Part shown: piece after piece, positions 1 through 15,897 of the stretch | Layout of the letters: the number at the start of each line of letters is the position of its first letter | Position numbering within the stretch: the stretch's first letter is position 1 | From: the human T2T-CHM13v2.0 reference genome, Homo sapiens | NCBI RefSeq assembly: GCF_009914755.1 | Contig: NC_060928.1 | DNA: 64,000 nt | Reading direction: 5' to 3' (one strand) | The notes under the pieces: model-generated | What the model was told of the DNA's origin: nothing | The model's input: the letters and a program-made list of their open reading frames with translations, nothing else | Databases searched by the model: none | Program-made: the position numbers and the translations under genes

Positions 1-223
<223 letters not shown>

Positions 224-1538
224 GAGCCTTCCTCCTGGGTAAAGAAAACATAGTTTTGTTAGAAGTGCGCTATAAAACTAAGGATTTTCTAAGCTCAAGG
301 CTACTTACTTGGCTCTGACACAGACGTACTGTTTGCATGGCACCCACCTGTGCTGCTCTACATCACCCCCATGGAACAGGGAAGAAGAACTGATGCAATT
401 TGAGCTCATTCACCAGCTGTCTCATAAATGATAAAGTAGTCAGGTAAAATCTCAAGACTGATGCCACTTCCTGACACCAGGATTAGAAATCATAGTGATA
501 CTAATCATGGCTAAAAAGTAATTAGGAGACTTAGAATCGAGGTATTTATACCTCGATTATCTTAGAGTGGAACTATGAAAGAGTTCAACTCATCATAGAA
601 CTATCCTACAAAAACATGGTGTTTACATCCAGATGGCTTATTTTCTTTCAGTAACTGTCTCATATAATTTCTTCATCTTTTCTACTTTTAGAGTTTCTCC
701 AAAAGAATATATAATTAAGTCTGATTTGGCAGTCAACAACTCAAGTTTTTTAATAATCAAAGAATATTGAATTCTTCAAAATATGTAGTTATTGGGGGAG
801 CATATTGATTTAGAGAACATTTTGTGATTTATAACACACAGAGTACAGTGAAAAGCTCTTTTAAAACTTTGCTTGAGGAAAGTTTACTTGAATGCATAAA
901 AATTAGGTATCCTGAAGTTTTTTTTTAAAAAACAGTTACCAATGACCATTTCTCACGGTTTTAAACTACATGAAATGACCGATATTTGGGCATTTTTGAC
1001 CTGTAATGTTGTTTCATATGTGTCAACCCCAAACATAGGAATTGAGAAAGAAAATTAGGAGTCTAATATTTCTCATTCTAAGATGCCATGTTTAAACATA
1101 GAAAAAGCCCTCATACAGTCTGTGATGCTAACACACATGAAGGTAACAGTGATGCTTGGCTGGGCAACATTTGCATATGATTGAGAAGAATTCAAGTATA
1201 ATCAATCTTCTGGTCTAGTAGAGCTTTTACAATACTTTCCACAGGCTTCTTCCATTAACCTGAATTAGCCCTATTTCAGCCCATAAAAAAACAGTTCAAG
1301 TGCCTCATCAACCTTCTTTATTTCATATTTCTCTTTTTTGTTTTACTTTTTGTTTACACTCCCAAAGATAAAAATGATTTTTAAGGACATTTCATTCAAC
1401 CTCCTTTTCTAATGCAGGAATCATTTCTTCAACGTACAAAACAAACTATATCCAGAGTTGGTTTGAAAAAGTGCAGCAATAAAGAATTCATAATGTCCTG
1501 AAGAAGACATTGATCTGAAACAGTTCTAATTGTCAGAA

Positions 1539-2629
<1,091 letters not shown>

Positions 2630-2755
2630 GAAAATTATTATTTATACTGTCATGTAATATGAAAGTAGTAAGTGGTTTTGCGTGTTATCTAATTAAATTC
2701 TCTGTTTAATCTGTTGGGGGATATGTAAGCAGGAGGGGTAAAAAATAAATAACTA

Positions 2756-3178
<423 letters not shown>

Positions 3179-3729
3179 TCAAGGATGTCCTGACTGAGCC
3201 TTTCTCTCCCCGAAAATAGGGACTAGATGCTAAATAGTTATTATATGGATAAAGTAAAAAGAATAGCCATCATAAATAAATGCATATTTATATCAAACTT
3301 TCAATCAATTAAAACATTTCTCTTTTTGACTTAAAATATATTAAGTAGCATGGATTAGGAAAACGAATACAGTCCTCAGAGTAAAGGTCCTCTGGGGACC
3401 ATTGCTTGATTAAATTTATAGATGCTCTACAGTAAAATCCCTACATATATATGCACACAATACTTTCCATCCTCTTTATTTTATATCCTCATTATAATTT
3501 TGCCAGGTGTGGCTCATAAAAAAGTACCTGAGATCTTGAAGATTTTATTAGATTATTGCTTTTTGTTTAGATCAATTTATTCTTCTTTAGTCAAGTCTGT
3601 TTTAGTGATGCTGCTCATCTCTGTCACTAAGGAAAAGCGCAAACATCCACCTTGCAGAAATAACTTTCAAAGAGCTTTGCGATGTTTCTAAGTGTCTATA
3701 AATATTTGCAGTAGAAAAAAAAGTCCCAC

Positions 3730-4258
3730 TGTAGCCTGCAGGAGTCCTTTAGCTTTGGACTGTTACTGCACACATTAATTGGTGCTTGGGTCACATTCTC
3801 CTAGTTCCCTTTACCGTTTTCTAGTGCAATGATGCGCTGGCTCTGTGTGCTCTGTCTCCCATAACCAGCACCTACATCTATTTGTCAAAAGGCTCCCTCC
3901 AGGCTGCCCAGGCTCATTTTCCCTGTGTGTCGCTATGAGAACAGAAAGTGCCTGGGAATTTATATCCTCAGGGGTCATTCCTTAACTGAACACTGAAAGG
4001 TGTGGAGGTATAAAAATATTCCAGCGATCCTGCTGTCTGATCAGGACATCTCAAAAGTGTGACCTACACTGGCTCAAGAAATCTCCTGAGCATTTGAGAC
4101 AAAGTTTCCATGAGAACCTTTAGATTCTCACTTGGGTTCCTTTACTTCCTGCGCCAATCCTCCATTCTCCTGCCCTGCTTTTCTTGGAAGATTTCCTAAT
4201 GAATGTTTCACAGGAACATTCATGTAAGAGTGTGTTTCTGGGAAGTCCATCCTAAAAA
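3730..4258 (+). mobile_element. Old ERVL solo LTR (LTR16-like)
   Basis: Resembles remembered LTR16 consensus (GGGAATTTATATCC...TTTCTGGGAAGTCCATCCTAA); boundaries approximate. Confidence 0.55.
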
Positions 4259-4326
4259 TGTTAGTATTGTTATCCATTTCCGACTTGTTCATTTAGATTA
4301 ATAGATTGGGTAGAAGAACTCATTCC

Positions 4327-4882
4327 CAGGCCTGGCTTTAGGGATTGTGACCAGCTAAGTCACTCAGTGATTCATGCTCAGCAAGAGAACTCACTTGCGT
4401 GGCATTCAGGCATTGTCTGTGCCTGCCATCTTGAAATTCTTAATAATTTTATATTTGAATTGGTCTTAGCTAGTGAAGTCTATGGGACAATGGAGCAAAT
4501 GCCAAGGGCTTGGAGCTGTGGATCACACGTGACCCTGTATCCTGCCACCTCCCATCTCCCTAGGACAGGCAGGTTCTCAGCCTCTCGCTCTCACACTGAC
4601 CCAGCAACTGAAGCCACTCTTCTTCCAGAAGAGGCTGGAATGTGGGCTCTGGGAAGGTTACATGGTATTGTAGGGAAGCGATCCAGGCACCAGGGAGTTC
4701 CTGTCACACCCCAGAAAGATAATGCTAAGGGAATGTAACACTAAATAGCAAATTAAAAACACTGTGACACATAAAGAAAGATACAACAGAATAAAACAAA
4801 AGAGCATTTTTCTTGCTCTTTAAACAAGGAGCTTTATATTTTCACACTGCAGAAGGCCCCACAAATAATGTAGCTGGTCTTG
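4327..4882 (+). mobile_element. MER45-family hAT-Tip100 element
   Basis: Ends CAGGCCTGGCT...AGCTGGTCTTG, internal CTTGAAATTCTTAATAATTTT, degenerate 8-bp TSD ctcattcc/ctcatact. Confidence 0.75.
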
Positions 4883-5019
4883 CTCATACTTTTTTATAAT
4901 AATCATAACAAATACTGCAGTACCTTGAATGAAGATTATTACCATATTCATTTCATAAGAATATCCACCAATTAAGCCAAGCTAAGAAGAAATACACAAC
5001 TAAGTTTTTCTGAGCTAAT

Positions 5020-5521
5020 GTGGTAGAAGTTTCATTAAAATTTCAATTTCTTCCTCTTATTCTTGGTAACACATACTTAATTATTTTTCTAGACACATTA
5101 TTTCATACAATTTAGATTAGATTTTATAATCTCCTTCATGTCTGGATATGGTCACATAACCAAATTCTGGCTGACAACATATAAGAATATATGTTTTGTG
5201 GCACTTCCATGAAAGCTGCCCCAGAACGGTGGCAGATTTTTTTTCTCATTTGTCTTTCATTCTTTTTAGAAGATGCAATTTATGCAACTCAGACATGAAG
5301 CATGAAGCAACTATATTGGGTCAAGAGGTAACTTTGAAAATAGAAAGCATGGGCTAAGGCAGTAAAATAGAAAGAATCTGAGATCCCTAATGAAGATACC
5401 ATACTTCTCTGAACTGTCAACAGCCCCAAACTCCTTTCATGTAAGAGGAAAATATAAACTATCTTAATAAGGCACCATAATTTTTGTTCTGTTATGTATA
5501 GGCAAACACCCTTAGCTGACA
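5020..5521 (+). mobile_element. MLT1-type MaLR LTR
   Basis: GGTCACATAACCAAATTCTGG core and MLT1-like 3' end. Confidence 0.55.
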
Positions 5522-5573
5522 AAAGAGGTAATCATTTTTTCTTAAAAGGATGTTGAAAATCTAATCAATCTCT

Positions 5574-5965
5574 AGACTGGATTAAGAAAATGTGGCACAT
5601 ATACACCATGGAATACTATGTAGCCATAACAGAGCATGAGTTAATGTCCTTTATGGGGACATGGATGAAGCTGGAAATCATTATTCTCAGCAAACCATCA
5701 CAAGATCAGAAAACTGAACACCACATGTTCTCACTCATAAGTGGGAGTTGAACAATGAAAACACATGGACACAGGGAGGGGAACATCACACACTGGGGCC
5801 TGCAAGGAGTTGGGGGCTAGGGGAGGGATAACATTAGGAGAAATACCTAATGTAGGTGATGGGTTGACGGGTGCAACAAACCACCATGGCACTTGTATAC
5901 CTATGGAACAAACCTGCACGTTCTGCACAAGTAACCCAGAACTTAAAGTATAATAAAAGAGAAAA
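5574..5965 (+). mobile_element. L1 3' fragment (L1PA7/8-like)
   Basis: L1 3'UTR with perfect 19-bp TSD gaaaatctaatcaatctct at 5555-5573 and 5966-5984. Confidence 0.92.
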
Positions 5966-6079
5966 GAAAATCTAATCAATCTCTTTGCAACATATCCTCT
6001 GAAAGCCAATGTCCACTGATGTAGTAGAAAGTTTCTTCAAATTTGATACCATTACTTGCTTTTGAAAAGTTAATTATTC

Positions 6080-6383
6080 AATAGATTGGGTAGAAGAACT
6101 CATACCCAAGTCTGGCTTTAGGGATTGTGACCAGTGAAGTCACTCAGGGATTCATGCTCAGAAGGCGACCTCAGTTGCATGGCATTCAGGCATTGTCTGT
6201 GCCTGCCATCTTGAAATTCTTAATAATTTTATATTTGAATTTATGTTTTGCTAGTGAAGCCTATGGGAGAAGCAAATGCCAACGACTTGGAGGTGTGGAT
6301 CACACATGACCCTGCATCCTGCCACCTCCCCATCTCCCTAGGACAGGCGGGTTCTCAGCCTCTCACACTGACCCAGCAACTGA
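6080..6383 (+). repeat. Local duplicate of 4300-4611 (flank plus 5' half of MER45)
   Basis: Direct ~300-bp alignment with scattered substitutions. Confidence 0.93.
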
Positions 6384-6499
6384 CCCAGCACATCTCTGTC
6401 ACTGATGAAATTGACAACTTTCATGAGGGGAAAAGATTTTGTGGAAAACCATGGTGGAAAGGGGTAGTGGAAAATATTTTGGGGGGAATGGTTGGTAAA

Positions 6500-7480
6500 G
6501 TCTCTGATGCAAATCTTCACAGATATAGAAACCAATGAGTCACAATGATGCCTGTTGAACTTCTTTGTTCCCTAAAATTGTGTATTCAGAGATGTTGCCA
6601 AAAACTGCAGGTGTTCCATCTATGCAGAGTAACAAGATTATTTTTCCAGTTAAAGTCTGGCTTGGCATAGAAATTTTTCAATATCTGAAATACCAACAGC
6701 CTTAACAGCTTGCAAAAAGGGCTCATAGGATAAGAATTCTTTGTTGATGTTTGGTACATGCACATATGAGCTGGTTGTACTGAAAGAACAACAACAGATT
6801 CATCTAGTTGTATGCAGAAGGGAAATATAAGCTGCCAATTCCTCCAGGATCTGCCTCAAAATATTAAAAGAAATATCAGTGATTCCGGAGTAAATGATGT
6901 CCTGTTATAGAGGCATTGATTCAGTTTGCTTTCTCATAAAGTGACTTGATATTTCCAAGACATATTTCCAGGCATTGATTCAGTTTGCTTCACCAAGAGC
7001 GTTCCAATGTGTATAGATTCTTTCTCTTAGCAACGTGATATGCAATTCGGTAGAATGCTTCAAGACAAGGCTTTTTATTGACGTAAATCTAAGTTTTGAT
7101 AAAGTTCTAGTCCTTTAAAATTAAGAGCTCTCATTAAAAATTCCATAAAACTGACATATTTTCAAGATGAATAAATAAAACATGCTTCTTTAGCTTTATT
7201 GGCATTATATGAATTTATTGGCAGAAAACTCTTACCTATATAGGAGGCATCGCAGCTTTTGTGTATCATCAAACTTAGCAATGAAAATAAAATTAAACAA
7301 CATGCAAACATTGTTGTACTATGGTTATGCTTTCCAAATAAAAATTAACCTGATGCAAATAAATACAGATTTCCATAATCATGATGCTGGGTATTTTTTT
7401 AAAATTCTTATTAAAGGAATCCTGAGTATCATACAATGTGAAGCACACAATTTTTCATCTGATGATTTATAATGGTCCGT
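6500..7480 (-). mobile_element. hAT-Charlie transposase fossil
   Basis: Minus frames give FCIQLDES, INKEFLSYEP and LCIDGTPAVFG, resembling Charlie/Buster QLDES and CTDGAPAM motifs; ends approximate. Confidence 0.7.
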
Positions 7481-9162
7481 GACATTTTATACTTGTTTGA
7501 AATGAATAAATATTTGATTAGATTTCATCTTAATATGTTTCATAAAGGTAGATAAAATTGAGAAAACAAAATATTTTTGCAAACCATTTGTAGTTTGGGT
7601 AAGTAAATAACTCATTTATTTGATTCTTAGGCCTGCCGCTTAGTATTGATATAAACATGGTCAAGTTGTTTTTACTCTTTGTGTCTCAGTTTTCTCATTT
7701 GTAGAATAAACATTTTGCCTCAATTAAATTAGATAATTTAGTATACAAATCAGCATATATTCAAATTATTTCAGCTTTGTTTCTGAGTCACAGTCTACCA
7801 AATTGTTGTTTTGTACAAGCAAATGACAATTTTAACAATTAAGTATGGCTCATTTTTATCTAAAATATCCATATTTTCTCAAATTTTTATACCATATTGA
7901 GAAGCAGAATGTAAAATGATAAGAATCCAGCTGAAGACTGGCATTTTAAACTGAGTACAGGCTACAGAAACTGTGATTACATGTGTAATTATAATATACG
8001 TAAGACATATGTACACAAACATGTAAAAGACATATTGTAGAATTTAATAGATATTGATATCATTGGCGAAAGACTTTCTAATGTGCTTTCAAACTACATT
8101 AATAGAAAATAGTTCATCAAATAAAGAAGATTATAATCACACACTATTCTTCCACTAGATAGTATTTCTTGTTTTATTTGTAGTCCTGTAGTGAAACGTG
8201 ATGAAGTGTATACAAGTATTTTATGACTAAAGGGTAATAATGTCATTTGATAAATAATTGAATAAAATAAGGATATTTCCAGGACAAAATGGAAACAATT
8301 ATCCAATTTTCCAATAACTGAATAGCTTTTACTTAGAAAAAACATCCAGCATTCTTTATAGTCCCCTAGGAACAGAACTTGGAAAAATAAGTAAACGTTA
8401 CAAGGAGACATATTTTCACTCAATATAAATAAAAACTTTCCAACAGTTGCAATTAAACAAAGATTAAATGGACTCTTATAAGCAACAACGAAGATGTTCC
8501 TCTCTGCATTTCTTCTGTACCATGTATTATTATTGTTTGCATTCATGCATCACATTAAGATTTGCTGAATGTGTAAGTAACCTCCTCACACAATTACTAA
8601 CAAAATGTTGAATATATAAGTGATATAAGGCTAGAGGGTGGTCTTCTAAGTGACATCAACTTATTAATTAATACTCTAACAATGGTTGTGCCATCACTTA
8701 GAAATGTATCCAGCTAACCTATCATTTTGCTCTTTTTTATCCATACGATTTGTAAGGTCATAATAAGAAACTATTGCAGTCTTTCTACATCTATGACAAT
8801 CCAATAAATTATGAGTTGAATATAACAACAAAAGACCAAAAGGCCTAATTCACCACAGATCATTCACATTAAAATCTTGTTGGTTCCACTCACAATGTAA
8901 TTATTTCTATCAGTTCAGAAACTATTTTAAAAATAATTTCTCATGAATAGTCATGTTATTTGGGCACTTTGCTTCTGAATTACAGCTTTCCCCACTTTTA
9001 TTATTTTTGTCTTTCATCAATTCTTTGATTCATAATTTTTCCCCAGATATTGGCATACCTTGGAGATATTGTAGGTTCAATTCCTAGCCACCAAGAAAAA
9101 GTAAGTCACACAATTTTTTTGGCTTCTCAGTGTATATAAAAGTTATATTAACATTATACTGT

Positions 9163-9410
9163 AATGAGAACACATGGACACAGGAAGGGGAACATCACAC
9201 TCTGGGGACTGTTGTGGGGTGGGGGGAGGGGGGAGGGATAGCATTAGGAGATATACCTAATGCTAAATGACGAGTTAATGGGTGCAGCACACCAGCATGG
9301 CACATGTATACATATGTAACTAACCTGCACATTGTGCACATGTACCCTAAAACTTAAAGTATAATAATAATAAAATAAAAATTAAAAAAAACAACATAAA
9401 CCAAAAAAAA
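9163..9410 (+). mobile_element. L1 3'UTR fragment (L1PA3/4-like) inside Tigger1
   Basis: L1 3'UTR and A-tail; Tigger1 sequence resumes afterwards. Confidence 0.9.
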
Positions 9411-10107
9411 GAGTGCAATAGAATTTTATCTAAAAATGTACATACTTTAAAAACACTTGATTGATAAAAATAATAATGATTATCTAAGCCTTCAGTGAGT
9501 TTCAATCTTTTTGCTGGTGGACAATCTATCCCTGATGTTAATGGATGCTGACCGTTCAGGCTAGTGGTTGTTGCAGACTGAGATGACTATGGCAATTTCT
9601 TAAAATAAGAACAATGAAGTTTTCCACATTAACTGACTCTTCCTTTCATGAAAGATTATTCTGTAGTATGTGTTTGATAGAATTTTACCCACAGAAGTTC
9701 TTTCAAAATTCTGATCAAACCTCTTAAGCCCTCCTGCTGCTTTATCAACTAAGTTTTTGTAACATTCTAAATCCTTTATTGTTGTTTCAACAAGGTTCAT
9801 ATTTTCACCAGAAATAGATTCCATCTCAGAGAATCACTTTCTTTGCTCATCCATAAGAAACAACTTCTCATTCATTTAAATTTTATCATGAGATTGCAGT
9901 AATTCAGTCACATTGACAGGCTTTGCTTCTAACTCTAGTACTCTCACTATCTCTACCACCACTACAGTTACTTCCTCCATTGAAATTTTGAATTCCTCAT
10001 GGTAATCCATGAGGCTTAAAATTAACTTCTTTGAAATTCCTGTTAATGTTCATATTTTGACCTCCTTTATGAGTTACTAATGTTCTTCGTGGCATCTAGA
10101 ATGGTGA

Positions 10108-10532
<425 letters not shown>

Positions 10533-11514
10533 TGAAAGTAAAAATTATTCCCTGATCTATGGGGGCACAGAATGGATGTTATGTTAGCAGCCATAAAAAC
10601 ATTAATTTCTTGTACATTTTCCTGAGAGCTCTTGTATGACTAGGTGCATTGTTAATGATCAGTAATGTTTTAGAAGAAATCTTTGTGGTTTTTGCTTGTT
10701 GTTTTCTGAGCAGTTCTCAACATAGGGGTTAAAACGTTCAGTAACCCAGGCTGCAAACAGATGTGCCGCCATCCAGGCTTTGTTGTTCCATTTATAGAAC
10801 ACAGGCAGAGTATACTTTGCGTAATTCTTAAGGGCCCTACGATTTTCAGAATGGCAAATAAGCATTGGCTTCAATTTAAAGTCACCAGCTGCATTAGCCC
10901 CTAATAACAGAGTCAGACTGTCCTTTGAAGCTCTGAGTCCTGGCACGGACATCTCTCCAGGTATGAAAGTCTTAAATGGCATCTTCTTCCAATAGAAAGC
11001 TGTTCCATGTACATTAAATATCTGTTGTTTAGTGTAGCCACTTTCATCAATTATCTTAGCTACATCTGAATAGCTTGCTGCAGCTTCTCCATCAACACTT
11101 GAAGCTCCACCTTGTACTTTTATGTTATGAAGATGGTGTCTTTTCTTAAATACCATGGCTCAACCTCTGCAAGCATCAAACTGCTTAAATTCATATGGAA
11201 ATATTTAAATTGAGGTATCCTAAATGGGAAAATTTGTAAGTAAATTTAGTCTCAAGTAGCTCTATTTGTCATCTGCAAACATTATATCATCTACCCCTAT
11301 GAAGTGGGCCTAGCCCCTATTTCTCTCAACTTCAACAAAAGTAAAAGAGACATTTTCATTGTGCTTGAATTTTTTAGCATTTTTATATTCCAAATATTAT
11401 TCTTGAAGTTTCAAATAGCACTTGTGCATTCTATATACGAGTATAGTCAGATAAACTGTGTTATAGCAAATATTTTTTCAAAACATGTAGAATAACTGTC
11501 TTTTTTTTTTAAGT

Positions 11515-14500
11515 TTCTGTATGTGGTGTAAGAAAGGGGTCCAGTTCCAATCTTCTGCATATGGCTAGCCAGTTATCCCAGCACCATTTATTTAATAGGG
11601 AATTATTTCTCCATTGTTTGTTTTTGTCAGGATTCTTGAAGATCAGATAGTTGTATGTGTGTGGTCTTATTCATGAGTTCTCTGTTCTGTTCCATTGGTC
11701 TGTGTGTCTGCTCTTGTACCAGTACCATGCTGTTTTGGTTACTGTAGCCCTGTAGTATAGTTTGAAGTCAGGTAGTGTGATGCCTCTAGCTTTGTTCTTT
11801 TGTCTTATGATTGTCTTGGCTATTCAGGCTCTTTGTTTGGTTCCATATGAATTGTAAAATAGTTTTCTCTAGTTCTGTGAAGAATGTCAATTGTAATTTA
11901 ATGGGAACAGCATTGAATCTATAAATTGTTTTGGGTGGTATGGCCATTTTAATGATATTGATTTGTCCCATCCATGAACATGGAGTGTTCTTCCATTTGT
12001 TTGTATCATCTCTTACTTCTTTGGGCAGTGGTTTATAGTCCTCCTTGTAGAGATCCTTCACCTGTATTCCTAGATATTTCATTCTTTTTGTGGCAATTGT
12101 GAAAGGGAGTTCATTCCTGATTTGGCTCTTGGCTTGACTGTTGTTGGTTTATAGGAATGCTAGTGATTTTTGCATGTCGATTTTGTATCCTTAGACTTTG
12201 CTGAAGTTGCTTATCAGCTTAAGAAGCTTTTGGGCTTAGATAATGGGATTTTCTAGATATAGAACCATGTCATCTGAAAACAGGGATAGTTTGAACTCTC
12301 TTCCCATTTGGATGCCCTTTATTTCTTTCTGTTGCCTGATCGCCCTGGCCAGAACTTCCAATACTTTGTTGAATAGGAGTGGTGAGAGAAGGCATCCTTG
12401 TCTTGTGCTGATTTTCAAGGGGAATGCTTCCAGTTTTTTCCCATTCAGTATGATGTTGACTGTGAGTTTGTCATATATGGCTCTTATTATTTTGAGGTAT
12501 GTTCCTTTAATACATAGTTTATTGAGAGTTTTTAACATAAAGGGATATTGGATTTTATTGAAGGCCTTTTCTGCATCCTTATTGAGGTAATCATGTGGTT
12601 TTTGTCTTTAGTTCTGTTTATGTGATGAATTACGTTTATTGATTTGCATATGTTGAATCAACCTTGCATCCCAGGGATAAAGCCAGCTTGATCATAGTGG
12701 GTGAGCTTTTTGATGTGTTGCTGGATTCGGTTTGCCAGTATTTTGCTGAGTATTTTTGCATCAACGTTCATCAAGAATACTGACCTGAGGTTTTCTTTTT
12801 TTGTTGTATCTCTGCCTGGTTTTGGTATCAGGATGATGCTGGCCTCATAGAATGAGTTAGGGAGAAGTCCCTCCTTTTCAATTGTTTGAAATAGTTTCAG
12901 AAGAAATGGTACTAGTTCCTCTTTGCACATCTGGTAGGATTCAGCTATGAATCTGTCTGGTCCAAAAATTAATTCAAGATGAATTAAAGACTTAAATGTA
13001 AAACCCAAAACTATAAAAATCCTGGAAGACAACCTAGGCAATACCATATGGACATAGGCATGGGCAAAGATTTCATGGCAAAGGCATCAAAAGCAATTGC
13101 AACTAAAGCAAAAATTGACAAATGAGTTCTAATTAAACTAAAGAGCTTCCACACAGTGAAAGAAACTATCAACAGAGTACACAGATGACCTACAGAATGG
13201 AGGAGGATTTTTGCAAAATGTGTATCAGTCAGGGTTCTCCAGAGGAACAGAACTAATAGGATATATATATACATGAAAAGGAGTTTATTAGGCAGAATTG
13301 GCTCACATGATCACAAGGTGAAGTCCTATGATAGGCCATCTGTAAGCTGAGGAAGAAAGAAGCCACTAGTGACTCCATTTGAGTCCAAAGGCCTCAAAAG
13401 CAGGGAAGCTGGCAGTGCAGCCTTCAGTGTGTGGCTGAAGGCTTGAGAGCCCCAGGCAAACCACTGGTGTAATAGTCCAAGAGTTCAAAGGCCAAAGAAC
13501 CTGGAGTCTGATGTCCAGGGCAGGAGAAATGGAAGGAAGTATCCGGTGTGGGAAAAATATAAGAGCCAGAAGATTCAGCAAGCCAGCTTATTCCACCTTC
13601 TTCCGCCTGCTTTGTTCTAGGAGCTGACAGCCAATTGGATAGTGTGCACCCACAATGAAGTTGGGTCTTCCTCACCCAGTCCACTGACTCAAGTATCAAT
13701 CTCCTCTGGAAACACCCTCACAGACACACCCAGAAACAATACTTTACCAGCTATCTAGGCACCCTTCAACCAGTCAAGTTGACACCTAATATCAACCATC
13801 ACAGCATGCATCAAACAAAGGTATAATATCCAGCATCTATAAGCAACATAAACAAACTTGCAAGAAAAAAAAAACTCCATTAAAAAGTGGACAAATGATA
13901 TAAACACTTTTCAAAAGAAGACATATATGCAGCCAACGAGCACACACAAAAAAATTCAACATCACTGATCATTAGAGAAATGCAAATCAAAACCACAACA
14001 TGATACCATCTAACACTAGTCAGAGTGGTTACTATTAAAAAGTCAAAAAATAACATGCTGGTGAGGTTGTGGAGAAAAAGGAATGTTTTTACACTGTTGG
14101 TGGGAGTGTAAATTAGTTCAGCCATTGTGAAAGACAGTGTGGCATTTCCTCAAAGACCTACAGACAGAAATACCATTCAACCCAGAAATCTAATTACTGG
14201 GTATATACCCACAGGAATACAAATAATTGTATTATAAAGACACATGTATGTGCATGTTCATTGAAGCACTATTCACAATAGCAAAGAAATGAAATCAACC
14301 TAAATGCCCTTCAATGATAGGCTGGATAAAGAAAATGTGGTACAAATACACCATGAAATACTATGCAGCCATAGAAAAAAAATGAGATCATGTATTTTGC
14401 AGGGACATGGATGGAGCTAGAGGCCATTACCCTTAGCAAAGTAACACAGGAACAGAAAACCAAATGCTGCATGTTCTCACTTATAAGTAGGAGCTAAATG

Positions 14501-14710
14501 ATGAGAACACATGGACACACAGTGGGAAAGAACATACACTGGGGGCTTTTGAAGGGTGGCGGGTGAGAAGAGGGAGAGGATCAGGAAAAACAACTAATGG
14601 GTACTAAGCTTAATATCAGGGTGATAAAATAATCTGTACAATAAACCCCCATGATATAAGTTTGCTTATGTAACAAACCTGCACTTGTACCTCTGAACTT
14701 AAAAAAAAAA
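11515..14710 (+). mobile_element. L1 (L1PA12/13-like) with 5' inversion
   Basis: 11515-12963 is ORF2 on minus and 12963-14710 is the contiguous ORF2/3'UTR on plus; interrupted by MLT2. Confidence 0.88.
13221..13803 (-). mobile_element. MLT2 (MLT2B-like) ERVL solo LTR
   Basis: TGTATCAGTCAGGGTTCTCCAGAG...AACCATCACA termini; L1 sequence resumes after it. Confidence 0.85.
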
Positions 14711-15897
14711 GTCTGACGAAGGCTTTTAATAGTATTAATTTTCCTCTTAATACTGCTTTTGCTGCATCCCCTAAGAGGTTTTGGTATGTTGTGTCCCTAT
14801 TTTCATTAATTTCAAAACATTATTTGATCATTACAATGTCCATATGGCCCAAAGAAATTCACAGATGCAACACTATTCCCATTAAACTACCAATGTCATT
14901 CTTCACAGAATTAGAAAAAAAGTATTCTGAAATTGACATGGAACCAAAGAGGAGTCCAAATAGCCAAAATAATTCTAGGCAAATCTGGAAGCATCACACT
15001 ACCTGACTTTAAACTATACTATAAGGCTAGAGTAAACAAAACAGCATGGTACTGCTACAGAAGCAGACATGTAGACCAATGGAACAGAATAGAAAACTCA
15101 GAAATAAAGGAGTATAACTGCATCTGATGATCTTCAACAAGGCCAACAAAAACAAGCAATGAGAAGAGGACTCCTTATTCAATAAATGGTGCTGAGATAA
15201 CTGGCTAGCCATATGCAGAAGAATGAAACTGGATCCTTACCTTTTGCCATATATAAAAATTAACTCAAATGGATTAAAGATTTAAATGTAAGACCTCAAA
15301 CTATAAAAATGTTAGAAGAAACCTAGGAAATACCCTTTTTTACATTGGCCTTGGCAAAGAATTTTTGGCCAACTCCCCAAAAACAAATGCAAAAAAAACC
15401 AAAAATTGATAAATGGTCCTAATTAAACTAAAGAGCTCCTGCACGGCAATGAAACTATCAATAGACAGTCTTCAAAATGGGAGAAAATATTCTTAAACTA
15501 TGCATCCAATAAAGGTCTAATATCCAGAATCTATAAGGAACTTGAACAAATCAACAAGCAAAAAACAAGTAACCACATTAAAAAATGGGTAAACCATATG
15601 AACAGACACTTCTCAAAAGAAGACATATGAGCAGCCTAAAAACATATGAAAAAATGCTTATTATCACTAATCATCAGAGACATGCAAATAAAACCACAAT
15701 GAAATACCATCTCACACCAGTCAGAATGGTCATTACTAAAAAGTAAAAAAATAACAGATGCTAGTGACGTTGTGGAGAAGAGGGAACACTTATACACTAT
15801 CGGTGAGAATGTAAATTAGTTCAGCCACTGTGGAAAGCAGTATGTAGATTTCCCAAAGAACTTAAAACCGAGCTACCATTTGATCCAGCAATCCCAT

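Noticed and set aside
1413-1432. Exact 20-mer shared with 34928-34947
   Set aside because: No extended homology; chance or a shared ancient repeat fragment.
8094-8546. 150-aa minus-strand ORF
   Set aside because: F/L/I-rich composition typical of AT-rich noncoding DNA, with no recognisable motif.
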